Source of the DNA: Rhizaria sp. SCN 62-66
Taxonomy: Eukaryota
NCBI GenBank assembly: GCA_001724265.1
Contig: MEDY01000016.1
Location: forward strand, 62,001 to 126,000
Reading direction: 5' to 3'
Length of the DNA stretch: 64,000 bases
Shown: positions 33,813 through 46,370 of the stretch, in pieces
Layout of the letters: each line of letters begins with the position of its first letter
How positions within the stretch are numbered: the stretch's first letter is position 1
The notes under the pieces: generated by a model
Databases searched by the model: none
The model's input: the letters and a program-made list of their open reading frames with translations, nothing else
Told to the model about the DNA's origin: nothing
Program-made: the position numbers and the translations under genes

Positions 33813-36800
33813 ATGTCCCAGGGCTACGCGTTTGCGGCTGCGCCGCAGGCCGTCGCGGGCAGTGCTCACACACAGGTCGGACGTTACCGCGCCTCCAAGG
33901 GTGCCAACGGTGCCGCCAACAACAACACTGGCGCCTTCGCCAAGGACAAGACGATGGCTTCTAACCTTATGCACGACAAGCGCATTGTCCGCGGCAGCAC
34001 ATTTGCGCTCGCGAACCGCATCGCCGCCCGCGCCACCCCCGGCATGCCCGGCGCGACTGGCCCTTACCACGCACAGCAACAGCAGCAGCAGCTCGCCGCG
34101 ACCCGCCGCGCACCCTCTGCCTCGGCGGCCCCCGCTGCCGGTGGCGCGTACTACTACGACGCGCTTGCGCGCGCGTCGACGCCCCCCGCGGTGGAGGGCC
34201 GCGTGCACACCGAGGTGCAGACGGACAACTACCTTGAGGACCTCCGCGAGGCGCACAACAAGGTTGAGTTCGGCACGCAGACTCTGCCGGAGCTCGACCG
34301 GCCGTCGGCGCCGCTGTTCAAGCCGTTGGAGCCGATCTTCTACCCTCTGTCCGAGGCTAAGTCGATCGCGCTGATGACTGACGCGGCGGAGCTGTTCGAC
34401 TTCGACCTCACCGTGGAGCCGCTGCTGGCGGCGCTGTGCGATCGCGGCATCGAGGACGCGATGATGGACGTGCTCGAGGAGGAAGAGCAGAAGGAGATGC
34501 GCAAGGGTGCGCTGGCGTTCCAGCAGCAGCACGCCGCCGCCGTCGAGGTGATGCACGCCAAGGAGCACCGCGAAACGCGCCTGGCAGCGGAGACCGAGGC
34601 GCGCATCGTGCAGGAGAAGGCCTACCTGGCCGACAAGCAGGCCGCGGCCTCGCAGCAGGCCGCGCGCACGGCGGCGCGCGACGCGCTGCGCATTGTGGCC
34701 GAGTCCGCGCTCGCGCGGCTCGATAACGCTGGCTACTTCTATGACCCCGTGGCCCGGCAGGCCGTGGTCGAGTTTCTGCCTGCGCTCGTGGACCAGGTTC
34801 AACGCCGCGCCGACCGCGTCGCCGCCGTGGCCGCCGAGACGGAGAAGATGGTGCTGGCCGCCGTGCAACAGGCCGTTGTTGCGCAGAGCCGCGCGCGCGC
34901 CGCCCTTGTCAAGGAGGCTGTCGACGAGGCTGAGAGGTTCACCAAGTACGTCATCACAACGACTCAGATAAGCTCTATCTTTAATGCTCATGAATGAGGA
35001 GCGGCTTTGTAGCATAGCATGCACCTTTAATTTTTTCTCTCTTTCATTTTCTTGCCTTCATATTCGCTCATAATATCTTTGTTATTATATCCATATCTTG
35101 TTTTTCTATTGCATAGGGAGAGCGCCGAGCGCCTCCAGGCCCCCGGCACTGTGGCCGGCGCCCGCTCCACGGCAGTCGGCGCCGACAACAGCGGCGACAG
35201 CTTAAGCCCCGCCGACGCCCCCGCCGCCGACGCTTCCAGCGCTCCTGCCGCGACTGGCGCTGCCGCTGACGGCACGGCGACGATCATGGACGCCGCGTCG
35301 GCGGCCGCCGCCGTGCCGGTGCCCAAGGTCGACGGCGTGCGCGCGCGCCAGCAGCCCAGCTTCGTGGCGCTCGCCGCCGCCGCCGCGCTCGCCTCGACCG
35401 CGGCCTCGTCCTCGTCCTCGTCCTCTTCGTCCTCGCTCTACGGCGGCGGCCCGGGCGCCGGCACCGTGGACGGCAGCGACGGCTCGTTCAACCCGCAGGT
35501 GGGCGTCCTCGGTGGCGGCGGCACGGGCCCCTACTCGTCGCGCCCGTCAACCAGCAACACGATCTCGGTGAGTGCGGCCGCCGCGCGCAGCGGCGTGGCC
35601 CACATCCCCCCTGTACCCAGCAACGCGGCCGCGTACGACCGCCGGCCTCGCGCTGCGGCCACAGCCACGCCCGCGGCGCTCATGCGCGATGCGCAGCGCA
35701 CCGCCATGCGCACTACGGGCCCTGTCACGACCCCCGCGTCCGTTCAGCAGCAGGAGCAGCAGGTGCAGCAGGATCAGCAGCGCATGCGGGCGGGCGGCGG
35801 CGGCGGCGGTCCCGGCGACGACGACGGCAGCGACGACGACGACAACGACGACAAGAGGGGCAAGGAGGCTGCTGCTGGTGGCAACGATGACGACGACGAC
35901 GCTGCTGGCAAGAAGAAGAGCGGCAAGCAGAGCAAGGACGGCGACGACGCCGAGGACGACGCTGAGAACGCTGACATCAAGGCCCTCGAGGCTGCCGCTG
36001 GCCTCACCGAGCCCTCCGTTCCCGCTGACGGCGACGCTCAAGACGACGGATTGTCCGTCGTGAGCGCCGAGCACGTCGACCCCGGACTGAACCTGCTGCG
36101 TTCCACGGTCCGCACACTGGGCTTCACGCCGATGTGGGCCGTCACCGAGTCTGACGACGCGGCCCCGCAGCAGCAGGACGGCGCCATCTACACACCCGGC
36201 TACCCGGGCCACGCCGGCGTCCTCGTCGGCGGCGGCAGCGACGAAGACATTGCGATCCTTGCTGACAGCTTCCTTCCGCAGCACCCGCGCCTGTCGCCCT
36301 CGGACGCGGGCTTTATCCCCGCACTCGCGCAGTCCATCTCCACCACTGCGTGGGCCGCCATCGACACCACGGCGGGCAAGCTCTCGCTCCCGCTCTTCGC
36401 GCCCTCGCTCCACGCCGGGCTCGCGCTGGGTGACACCGTCACCCACGTCGACGGCGCCGCCGTGCGCGACCCCGTGGCATTCCGCGCCGCGCTTCACGCG
36501 CGCCTGCCGGGCGACGCCGTGCGCCTTACCGTGCTGCGCGGCGCCGACGGCAGCGAGGAGACGGTCACGGTGGAGGTTGCCGCGGCCTCGCGCAAGCTGC
36601 CGCAGGCCGAGGTCCGTCGTCAACGCGCGCGCCTCGAGCTGCCCCCGTTCCCCACCGCGCTGCTCGCGCGGCCTGAGGAGGCGCTGGCGCAGCTCGCGCG
36701 CGTCCCGCGCACGCTCGGCTTCACCGTCTGCGAGAGCGAGGACCACAGCGTGGCCGCCGCGCCGGGCGCTGTTGCGGCGCTCGCTGCCGCCGCGGCCGCT

Positions 36801-39800
36801 GCGCCGGCGGTCTCGGCTGCGACCAACGTCTGCGACGCCACGCCGCTGACCGCTGCGGCCGTGGCGAGCCAGTCCGCGGGCGCCGTGGGCGGGCTCGGGC
36901 TGTTCGACGCGCACTCGGCCGCGCCGGGCGCCTCCGGGCGCGCGCCGCTAGTAGCGGCCGCGCAGGCCGCCGTGGCGGCCAACGGCAGCGGCGGCATCGT
37001 CGTGCAGACGGCCTCCGAGGCTTCGGGGCTGCAGCCGGGCGACGTCATCCTTGCCGTCAACGGCGACCCGCTGCTCGCGGCGAGCCCCGCGGCGCTGCTC
37101 GAGGCCCTCGCATACGCGCACGCGCCAGCGGCGGGCGACGCGGCCGCGGGTCAGGCCACCGCCGTGTCGGCTCAGGCTCCGTACATGCTGCTGCCCGGCG
37201 AGAGCATCGCCGTCGAGGTGATGCGTTTCCCCGCCTCCGCGAACGCGCTGCCGCAGGCGATGATGGTGCAGGCCGTCGCGGCCACTATGGGCGGTGGCGC
37301 GGGCGCTGCGCCGGCCGCGCGCTCGGTGTCGAGCGACATCACCGTGCTCACGGTCAACGTGCTCGCCGTGCCCGCGGCCGGCGTTGTCGCTAAGGACGAC
37401 AACACTGTTGGTCTTGAGTGGGTCGACGCGCGCCGCTATATGGCCGGCCGTTCACTGCCTGTCGCGCGCGTCGGCGTCCAACTGGACGCCAGCGCTGCTA
37501 CTGGCAGGAAGTCCTCTGCCGCCGCCGGTGCTTCCAAGTCCGGCAACAAGAGCGACGGCAGCGCGGGCGCTGATGTCGCCGCCGCCGCCGCCGCCGCCGC
37601 CACCGCTGACAGTGCCAGCAGCAGTGGCTCGCCCGGGGAGGCCGCGGCGCTCCTCAAGCTCAAGGCGGCTGGCGCGTCGCTCGGCTTTGCTGCGGCGGCG
37701 CTCAGCGGCCCCGATGGCGGCCGCGAGGTTGCCCGCATGATCGAGGCCGCGCAGCTCCACCGCGCCGTGGCTGAGTACGGCGCGTCCGACGCCGCTGCAC
37801 CGGCCAACGATGCCGTTGCGCTGTTCAGCGACGGCGGCGCGGCGACGTCAGGCGTGCTTGTCTCGTTCGTCGAGCCTTTCGGTTCCGCGGCCCAGGCCTC
37901 GCTGCAGACCGGCGACCTCGTCACGCACCTTAACGAGGCCCCCGTGGAGTCCCCCGACGCGCTGGCTCGCTTCCTGCGCTCCGGCTGTGTTGCCGGCGAC
38001 ACGGTGCACGTCACCGCGGTGCGTGCGCTGGACGGCCGCGTGCAGGAGCTCTACCTCGAGGCCGCACCGATCGCACCCCTCGCGCAGAAGGACGTCCGCG
38101 CGCTCCGCAAGACCGCCGGGCTGCCCGTGGCCGAGACTGCGTGGTACAACGGCGCCGCGGCCGCGCAGACGCTCGCCGCGCTTGCGCCCACACTTGGTGC
38201 CGAGCTCGCTACCGTCGGCAACCCTGAGGAGGAGCAGGAGCAAGGCGACTCTGTCGTGGTCGTCGACAGTGTCTTCGCGCCCACCGCGACCGCGTCTGGC
38301 CTCCGCTCTGGCGACGTTGTCGTCAAGCTCGGCTCGTACCGCCTGCGATCGGCTGACGAGCTGCAGACCATCGTCGCCAGTAAGCGCCCCGGTGACGGCC
38401 TGCTACTCACAGTTTCGCGTTCCGCTGGGGATGGCCAGGAGGAGGTGACTGTGTCGCTCACTCTGGCCGGTCTCCTCGACGTCGCTGCGTTCCCGTCCGC
38501 CGCACTCGCCGCCGCCGCTGCTGCCGCGCCCGTGCTGCCCGTGACGCGCGCGATGCAGACGTCTGCCGTCGTCGCGCGCGCGTTCAGCCTCGGCTCTGGC
38601 CTTCGCGCCGCGCCCGAGGGCGGGGCCATCGTCGACGCAGAAGCCGTGCTGTCGCTGCGCCGCATGACCGTGGCGGCCGCCGCCGAGGCGCGCCGCAACA
38701 ACGCGGCCGCGAACGGCAACGACGACTGGTGCGCGCTCGCCGACGACGGCGACGACGCCGCCGCGGTGCCCACCGTTGCCGCGCTGGAGCAGCTGCTGTC
38801 GTCGCCCGAGACCGCCGCGCTGTCGGCCGCCGACCGCGCCGCGGCCGTGCTGGCGCGTCTGCCGCGCTCGCTGGGCGTCACCACGCGCCGCTGCAGCGAG
38901 GGCCTGGCTGTCGTCGCGCTGTCGGCCACGTCTCCTGCCTGCGCCGCGGGTATCGTCGCGGGCGACGTCATCACGCACTTGCACGACGCGCGTGTGTCGT
39001 CGTCCGCCGCGCTCGCTGACGCGCTGCAGGCACAGCATGAGCTCGGCGACGTCGTCACTCTGCGCGTGCTGCGCAACGCCGACGCGCGCCCCGAGGTCAT
39101 CACCGTGCAGCTGGGCACGCTCCCCGGTGCGCTGGCGGAAGCCTTCCCACTCGCGCGCATCCAGGAGCTGCGCGAGACTGCAGGCATGCCCCCCGCGCTG
39201 CACGCGCCGCCCGCTCTGCGCTCCGCCACCGACGCGGAGGTTGAGCTGCACGCGCTCGTGCCCTCGGTTGGCGTCAAGCTCGCCACGCGCGCTAGCGGCG
39301 GCGTCACGATCGAGCGCCTCAAGCCTCAGGGCCCCGCTGACCTCGCGGGTCTGCGCGATGGCGACGTCATCATTGGCGTCGGCAAGACGCTTCTTCTGGT
39401 TGGTGGCGAGGCCGCGAGCGAGACGTTCCGCGCTGAGATCAAGCAGACGCTGCCGGGTGATTTCGTCGCGTTGCTGGTGCTCACTGCGGCCGCGGCGGAG
39501 GAGATCCTCTCGAGCGCGGGCGACCAGGTCGACACAGCCACCGCTGCCGCCGTCGCCGCCACCGCGCGCGCCGTGTACCTCGAGGTCAGCTGTGGCCTGC
39601 CCGGCGCCGCGCTGTCGCTGGACGCCGTGCGCGCGCTGCGCCTCACCGCGGGGCTCCCCGTCGGCGTCCACGCCAAGCGCGAGGCCGTGCGTCGCACTCT
39701 CGCCGACGCGTGCGAGATGCCCGCGAACAAGGCCGAGGTGTTCGCCTCGGTGGCGGGCTTCGGCGCCGTGCTCACGAGCGACTCGTGGCTACCGCGCGAC

Positions 39801-41939
39801 GCGGACGGTGCGGCGACTGCCATCAACTTCGTTATCGCTGCGCTGCCCGTCAGCATCGGCGCCTCGCTGGTTCCTGTCACGCTGACTCCCGACGCGGCCG
39901 ACGCCGGCGCCACTGCTCCCGTGACGGGTCTGCAGGTCATCCTCATCTCGCCCTTTGGCGGCGCGGCGCAGGCCGAGCTCACTGAGGGCGACGTCATCGT
40001 CGCGGTCAACGGCATCACCACGCACACGCTCAGCCAGCTCAACAGCGCCATCCGTGACGCGCGTGCGGGCGACAACGTCGCGGTCACGGTGCGCAAGGCT
40101 GCTGGCGGCGATCTGGTTGCCGACGTGCCGGTGGAGGTCTGCGTGGACACCAACGCCCTCTTCGACACTGTCGCGGGCGGGTTCCCGTTGCCTTACTCGA
40201 CGGGCGACGACTCGCTCCGTGGCCTCGCCGAGTCCAACGGTTCGCGCCGTCCTTCCGGCCCTGGCTCCGCCGCGGCCGCTTCGAACAGCGCTGCAGGCCT
40301 GAGCGAGGGCGAGTTCTCTGCCGTTCTTTCGACGCCGCCGCAGAGCATTGTGCGTGGCCTGCTGTCGCTGCTGCCCGGGTACGACGAGGACGCGACGCGC
40401 GCGCTGTTGACGCCGGAGCACGCACGCGCTACGCTCAGCGCGCTCAGCGCCACTGTCGACATGAGTGTCACCGTCGCCACCACCAAGCTCCCCGCTGACG
40501 ACCCTGCTGCGTACGACGACGAGGCCGCTGCCGAGGCGGCGGAGCGCGAGGTCGACGTGCTCGTTGTCGACGGCGTCGAGCCTGACTCCGTCGCCGCTGC
40601 GGCTGGCGTACAGGTCGGCGACCTCCTCCTTGCGGTCAACGGCGTCGAGTTCATCTCCAACCCTGACGGCGAGAACAGCAGCGGTGAGAAGCCCTCCATG
40701 TCGGACGAGCTCTCCGCGCTGCTGCACAACATGACTCCCGGCGACCCGCTCGTGATCGAGGTGCAGCGCAACGACTCCGGTGAGCGCGTCGTGCTCTCCG
40801 TCCCCACGGCCGGCGCCGACAACAACGGCACGCCTGTCGCTGCCTCCACGGTCCTCGCGCTGCGCCGCATCGCCGGCTTCGCGGAGCACCAGCTCGCGCT
40901 CTCCGCTTCCCAGGCCGACACCTCCGACGCCGCCACTGCGGAGGGCGAGCTCGACGCCGAGGCCCGCTCCCGCGCCATCGCGCTGTTGTCGCGCCTCTCG
41001 CTCGACGCGCCCCTGATCTCCGACGCCGGCGTGCCCCTCGTCGACCTCGACGCGCTCGCCGCGCAGCCCTACGCCGCGGCCCGCGCCGCGCCGCCGACGG
41101 ACGCCGCCCGCGCGCTGGCCCTGATTGACCGTCTGCGGCCCGATCTCGGCATGACCGTGTCCCAGGTCGACGGCCTTGCACACTCGGCGATGTCGGCGTT
41201 CCCCGCGACCTCCGGCGCGCTTGTCAAGGTCACGTCGACGCACCGCGCCGGGTCCGCCGCCGCGGCCACCGTCGTCCCCGGCGACCTCATCAGCATGATC
41301 TCCGGCCGCGTGATCGAGAGCGTGGCCGACTACCGCGCCGCCGTCGCCTCGCTCACCCCCGGCGTCGTAGTCGAGGTCGAGGTCCGCCGCGGCGCCGACG
41401 GCCGTGTCGAGCACCTGCACCTCGAGCCCGGCTGCACGCAGCCCGCCGCGTTCCCGCTCGCTCGCATCCGCGAGCTCCGCGCGGCGGCGCGCCTCCCCGT
41501 GGTCACCACTCCGCTGCTCGACGCTGCGGCCGCGCGCGAGGCCGTCAAGGCGCTTAAGGTGCGCCTCGGCATGAACGTCGCCCTGCGCGCCACGGCCGAC
41601 GGCGGCGCTAGTGTCGTGGTGAACAAAGTGTTCCCCATGTCAAACGCGGCCGCCATCGGCATGCAGCCCGGCTTCGCGCTGCTGTCCGTCATCTCAGCCG
41701 CTGCTGACGGCAGCATCGTCGAGACTCACCTGCGGTCTGAGCACCACCTGTTCGCGATGCTTAACGCCTACGCGCCCGGAGACATGCTCTCGATGCGTGT
41801 GCAGACCAACACGACGGCCGCTGCCAGTGAGGCGGGTCAGCGGGTTGTTAAGCTGGAGCTTGAGGCTCTCAACGTCTCACGCGAGTACGTGCGCTCGATC
41901 CGCTTTATCGCTGGTCTCTCCGCCGACGACCGCGCGTAA
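33813..41939 (+). CDS. Radial spoke protein 3 domain fused to ~10 PDZ-like repeats, 2 exons (33813-34945, 35117-41939), 2651 aa
   Basis: RSP3 motifs NLMHDKRIVRGSTFA, TPPAVEGRVHTEVQTDNYLE and ELFDFDLTVEPLL. A GTACGT...ATAG phase-2 intron joins in frame to the 35052-41939 ORF, which has repeated GLxxGDxIxxVNG motifs. Stop TAA. Confidence 0.8.
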
Positions 41940-42381
41940 ACTCAAAGCGAGCGACACACTACGACGTCTAACGCAGCAACAAAAACATTTACGCGAATAA
42001 GCTTTTCACACACTTTCACTTGTCCGTACTTTAAGTTGTACGTATTGGTTTCTGATCTTGATAGAAGCGACGAGTTTGAGTATTTGTTGTTGCTTTTATT
42101 GGCCATAATTTTTTTACGAACACGTATCGACACAGAGTCGACACGGGCACAGCATATAACTTTGTTACACTAAAAGAAAATTCCACTAATATATGAAAAC
42201 GACAGTTGTTTGACCATCAGGTTCTGTTTCACAATACAAAACATGTTTTTGATTACACATTCGCGATCATTCGACGCAGACATGGATTAATAAAGATGTC
42301 AGAACACGTCTGTTTCAGTTGGCTATCAGGCAAGACGACTTAGACGTTTACACTTAAACTTGACTTCGTAAGTTCACTAGT

Positions 42382-44550
42382 TCACATCTGCCAGAACAGC
42401 ACCTGTCCGTCCGCAGTGCCACCAACGACGAGGTCGCCGGCGAGCGACATGGTGACGTCCTGGACGGCGACGCCGGCGTCGGGCGTCTGGAGCTCGCCCA
42501 CAGTCATCCAGCGCTGCTCCTCGGGGTCGACGCCGAGGATCTCGACGCGACCGTTGTCGAGCGCAACCACGGCGCTCTCCCCAGAAGGGTCGAAGCGGAT
42601 CGCGTTGACGGCCGCGGAGAGCTTCGTCTGGAAGATCTCCGTGCCCGTGGCTAGGTCCCAGACCTTAAACGCGCCGTCGGCGTCACCGGAGGCGAGGTAG
42701 CGGCCTGACAGCGAGGCGTCGAGCGCCTGGACGGCGTTGTAGTGACCGACGAGCGTCTGCGTGCACAGCCCGGAGCGCGCATCCCAGAGCGAGAGCGTCT
42801 TGTCGCCAGACGCCGTGGCGAAGACGGGCGAGAACGGCAGCCAGCGGCACTTGTTGACGCTGTCGACGTGGCCGCGGAAGACGGAGAGCTGCGCACCGGT
42901 GGCGGCGTCCCAGAGGCGCGCTGTGTGGTCCATCGATGCCGTGAGGATCGAGAGCCCGGCCGAGTGGAAACGCACGTCCCAAAGCGGCTGCGTGTGGCCC
43001 GAGAGCTTAACGGCGCACTGCTGCTCGCCGAGGTTCCAGATCTTGGCCACCTTGTCCACGCCAGCGGTCGCCAGCAGCGTCGCCGATGACGGGTGGAAGT
43101 CGCACGACGACAGCCAATCCGAGTGCCCTTCGCCGACCATGACGAGGTCGCCGCGCGGCAGCGCCCAGACCTTCCAGGCCTCATCGTCGCCCGCGGTCGC
43201 GAGCACCGGCGCCACGGGTGACAGCGCGACGGCCGACACGGGCAGGTTGTGCGCTTTGTACGAGTGCGTCAACGTCGCCGCCTGCAGCGGGGCGCGCGCG
43301 GCTGGGGAGGCAACGTACGGATTCGCCGCCACGGGGACGAAGCGCGCGTTGGACGAGCCCGCCGCCTCCTTCAGCGTGCCGGCCTTGCCGCCGTGCGTCG
43401 CGCCCGACAGAGTGCTGCCATGCGCGCCGCCGCTGGTGCCGTCGAACGCGCCCTTGGTCTTAGCCAGCGAGGACTTGGTGGCCTCGAGCGCGGTCGACGC
43501 ACCCGCCGCACCGCCGGAGCCGGAGCCGGAGCCCGCCTCGGGGTTGCCACCCAGAGCGGCGATCTGCTGCTGCAGCTTCGTCTTCTCCATCTTGAGCAGC
43601 ATGCGGTCCTTAACGGCGCCCTCGTACTTCTTCTGCAGCGTCGCTAGCACGGGGGCGTACTCGTCGACGTGCTTCTTGAGCCGCGCGAGGTCCGCGACCA
43701 GGGCCTCTTTCTCGGCCACGAGCCGGCGGTGGTGCATCTTGTGCGCGTCGCGCTCCTTCTTGAACTGCAGCCACGTGCCCTTAGCGGCGTCGGCGGCGGC
43801 GGTCGCGGCCGCGGTCGTCTCGCGCAGCGTGGCGACCTCGCCGAGCAGCGCCTGGTACTGCGCATACACAGTTGGCGCGGCGACGGAGCCGGCGGAGCTA
43901 GCGGCGTCTTTGTGGCCGTAGAGCTGGAACCACTCGGTCTGGAAGGCGTCGAGCGAGCGCTGCATGCCATGGGAGACGAGAAAGTTACGCACAAAGTCTT
44001 CGACGGCGAGCTGCTCGGGGTTGGGGTCGAAACCGCTGGTGGTGTTGTTGGCAGTTGCGAGAGCGGGAGCTGCAGAGGCGGTTGCCGACGCGGGAGCGCC
44101 CGGGGCACCGGCAGACGCGACAGGGCGACTGGGACCACTCACAGGCTATATATGGAGAAAAAAAGATCACATAAAAGCACATTAGTTGATGATGAGTGAT
44201 AATGAGTTTTGATGGAGGCTTGCTTTGGGGGCAATCAGGAGATAGAGAGGAGAGTGCGAGAACGAACCTTGCCGGACTGGATGGCATTGAAGACAGAGGC
44301 GAAGTCGTCAATGTCGTCGTCATCGAGCGTGGGGGCCTACAGAAATTGACAGGGACATGGCGCAATATATTAAAGTAGCGGTGAGTACGAGAGCGGGTTG
44401 AGAGCAGAGTTGCATTTTGTGACACATGGTGAGGGGCGAGAAGTAGAGAGAGCAGAGAGCGAGGAGGAAACGTACGTTGTCCAGGGTGACAAGGTCATCA
44501 TCACCACCTTCAATGTGGACCTGATCGAGCACGTACGTGGCTTCAGCCAT
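42382..44550 (-). CDS. SPAG16: Flagellar central-apparatus WD40 protein PF20/SPAG16, 3 exons (44550-44476, 44336-44268, 44145-42382)
   Basis: VEDFVRNFLVSHGMQRSLDAFQTEW and KKERDAHKMHHRRLVAEK coiled coil, followed by seven WD40 repeats. Stop TGA. Confidence 0.9.
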
Positions 44551-45397
44551 GACGCAAGACTCGACTGTCTGGGGGCAGCGAGAGACGAGAAGACAGACAG
44601 AGGAAACAGCCGTTACATAGGAAAAACAGAAACACGCAGGTGAGAGCTATAAGTGCATTTTCTAAGACTGCCATTGAAAACCTGGAATAAAAACAACGCG
44701 GAAAATGTCAAAAAGATAGAAGCAAACAAAGATTACGATCATGTCGACCACAAGCTCGACCTCGAATATACCCCCAGTCGACCTGAGCTGACTGAGAGCG
44801 AGCTGAGACTGTGAGCGCGCTGGCCAACGCACCGGCAAGTGCAGGGCCAAAATGTGATTTGTGGTGGGTGGCTCCCCATCTTTAGACGGATGGACCCCCC
44901 TCAAAGTCGGTCTCGTGCCTGTCGACGGATTTGCTGGAGGCCGTGAACGTGTATCGGCACTGTGGATGATTTATTTCGCGAGAAGACACAGTTCACTGCT
45001 CGGTTCAAACGTTCTCTTCCCGCGTGAAGTTTTGTGCGAGGAGTTAATCCTTGCCGAATGTTGGCAGTGTGTCAAACGACTACGCACAGGATAAGTTTCT
45101 TCCGCCTATTTCTTCATGTGTGTATATCAGATATTGGCATTTTAGGGCCTTTATTGAGTAGGGGAATTGACAACATATTTGACTTTGCTTATGTTATTTG
45201 TGTCTCACGTATATTTGTCCTGCACTATCCTACTTCTATGTTCCTTCCCCTCTGCGTTCGCTCGTTTTGATTGATTTAAATAGCCTGAGGGCTCTCGCGC
45301 TCCCTCGCAGGCTCTCGAAATCATGTCCACCGCGTGCACGTGTCAGCTTTACGCATCCCACCACGTTCACGCCGCGGATTGCTTCATTTCTCAGGCT

Positions 45398-46283
45398 ATG
45401 GCCTACGCCCAACACCAACACCAACATCAGCAACACGCGCCTCAGCCTATGTATGCTTCATCTATCACTTCAGTCAACCACCACCAGGCTGCATACATCG
45501 CCCCACAGCCTGCCGCTCCGCCCCCGCAGCACATGCAGTACTACCAACATCCCCACGCCCACCAACACCAGCATCCACACGCGCACGTGCCTATGCACGG
45601 ACAATATCAGGTCCCCGTCGGCGTTCACCCGCCCCAGGGCGTCGCCGTGCCTGTCGGCGCGCTCGGCAGCGTTGTGCCCGGCGTTCTCGGCGTGCCGGGC
45701 GCGGCCAACGCCAGCTCGCCTTCTGCGCTGTACGCCGCGCTCCAGGCGCAGCAGGACCACCTGAACCACCTGCTGCAGTACCACCAGGCCCGCAAGCGCG
45801 CGCTCCAGCTCGCGCAGCTCGCGCACACCAATAACGCCCCCGCCCCCGCGACCAACGGCACCGTCAGCACGCCCTCGAGCTCCCAGGGCGGCACCCCGCC
45901 GCAGCAGTACCAGCAGCACCAGCAGCAGCACCAGCAGCAGCAGATGGGCGACGCGCCCTTCGCGCCCACGGCCATGATGCAGTCGCTGTCCCTCGGAGAC
46001 CCGCATTCGGGCGCGTACACCGGCGGCGCCGCCTACAACGGCGCCGGCGCCGCGGCCGCCGCGGGCGGGGCGATGACCGCCGCGGAGCAAGAGGCGCTGC
46101 AGCTGCAGCACCTGCAGCAGCAGCTTCTGCATTCGCAGCAGCAGCTCGCAGCGTTCCAGGCCCAGCAGCAGCAGCAGCAGCAGCAGCGACAGGGCACGCC
46201 GCCGTCGCAGCCGTCGTCGACGCAGTCGTCGCCGCTTCAGCAGCACCAGCAACAAGCTGCGGGCGACCCGGCCAAGCACGCGC

Positions 46284-46370
<87 letters not shown>

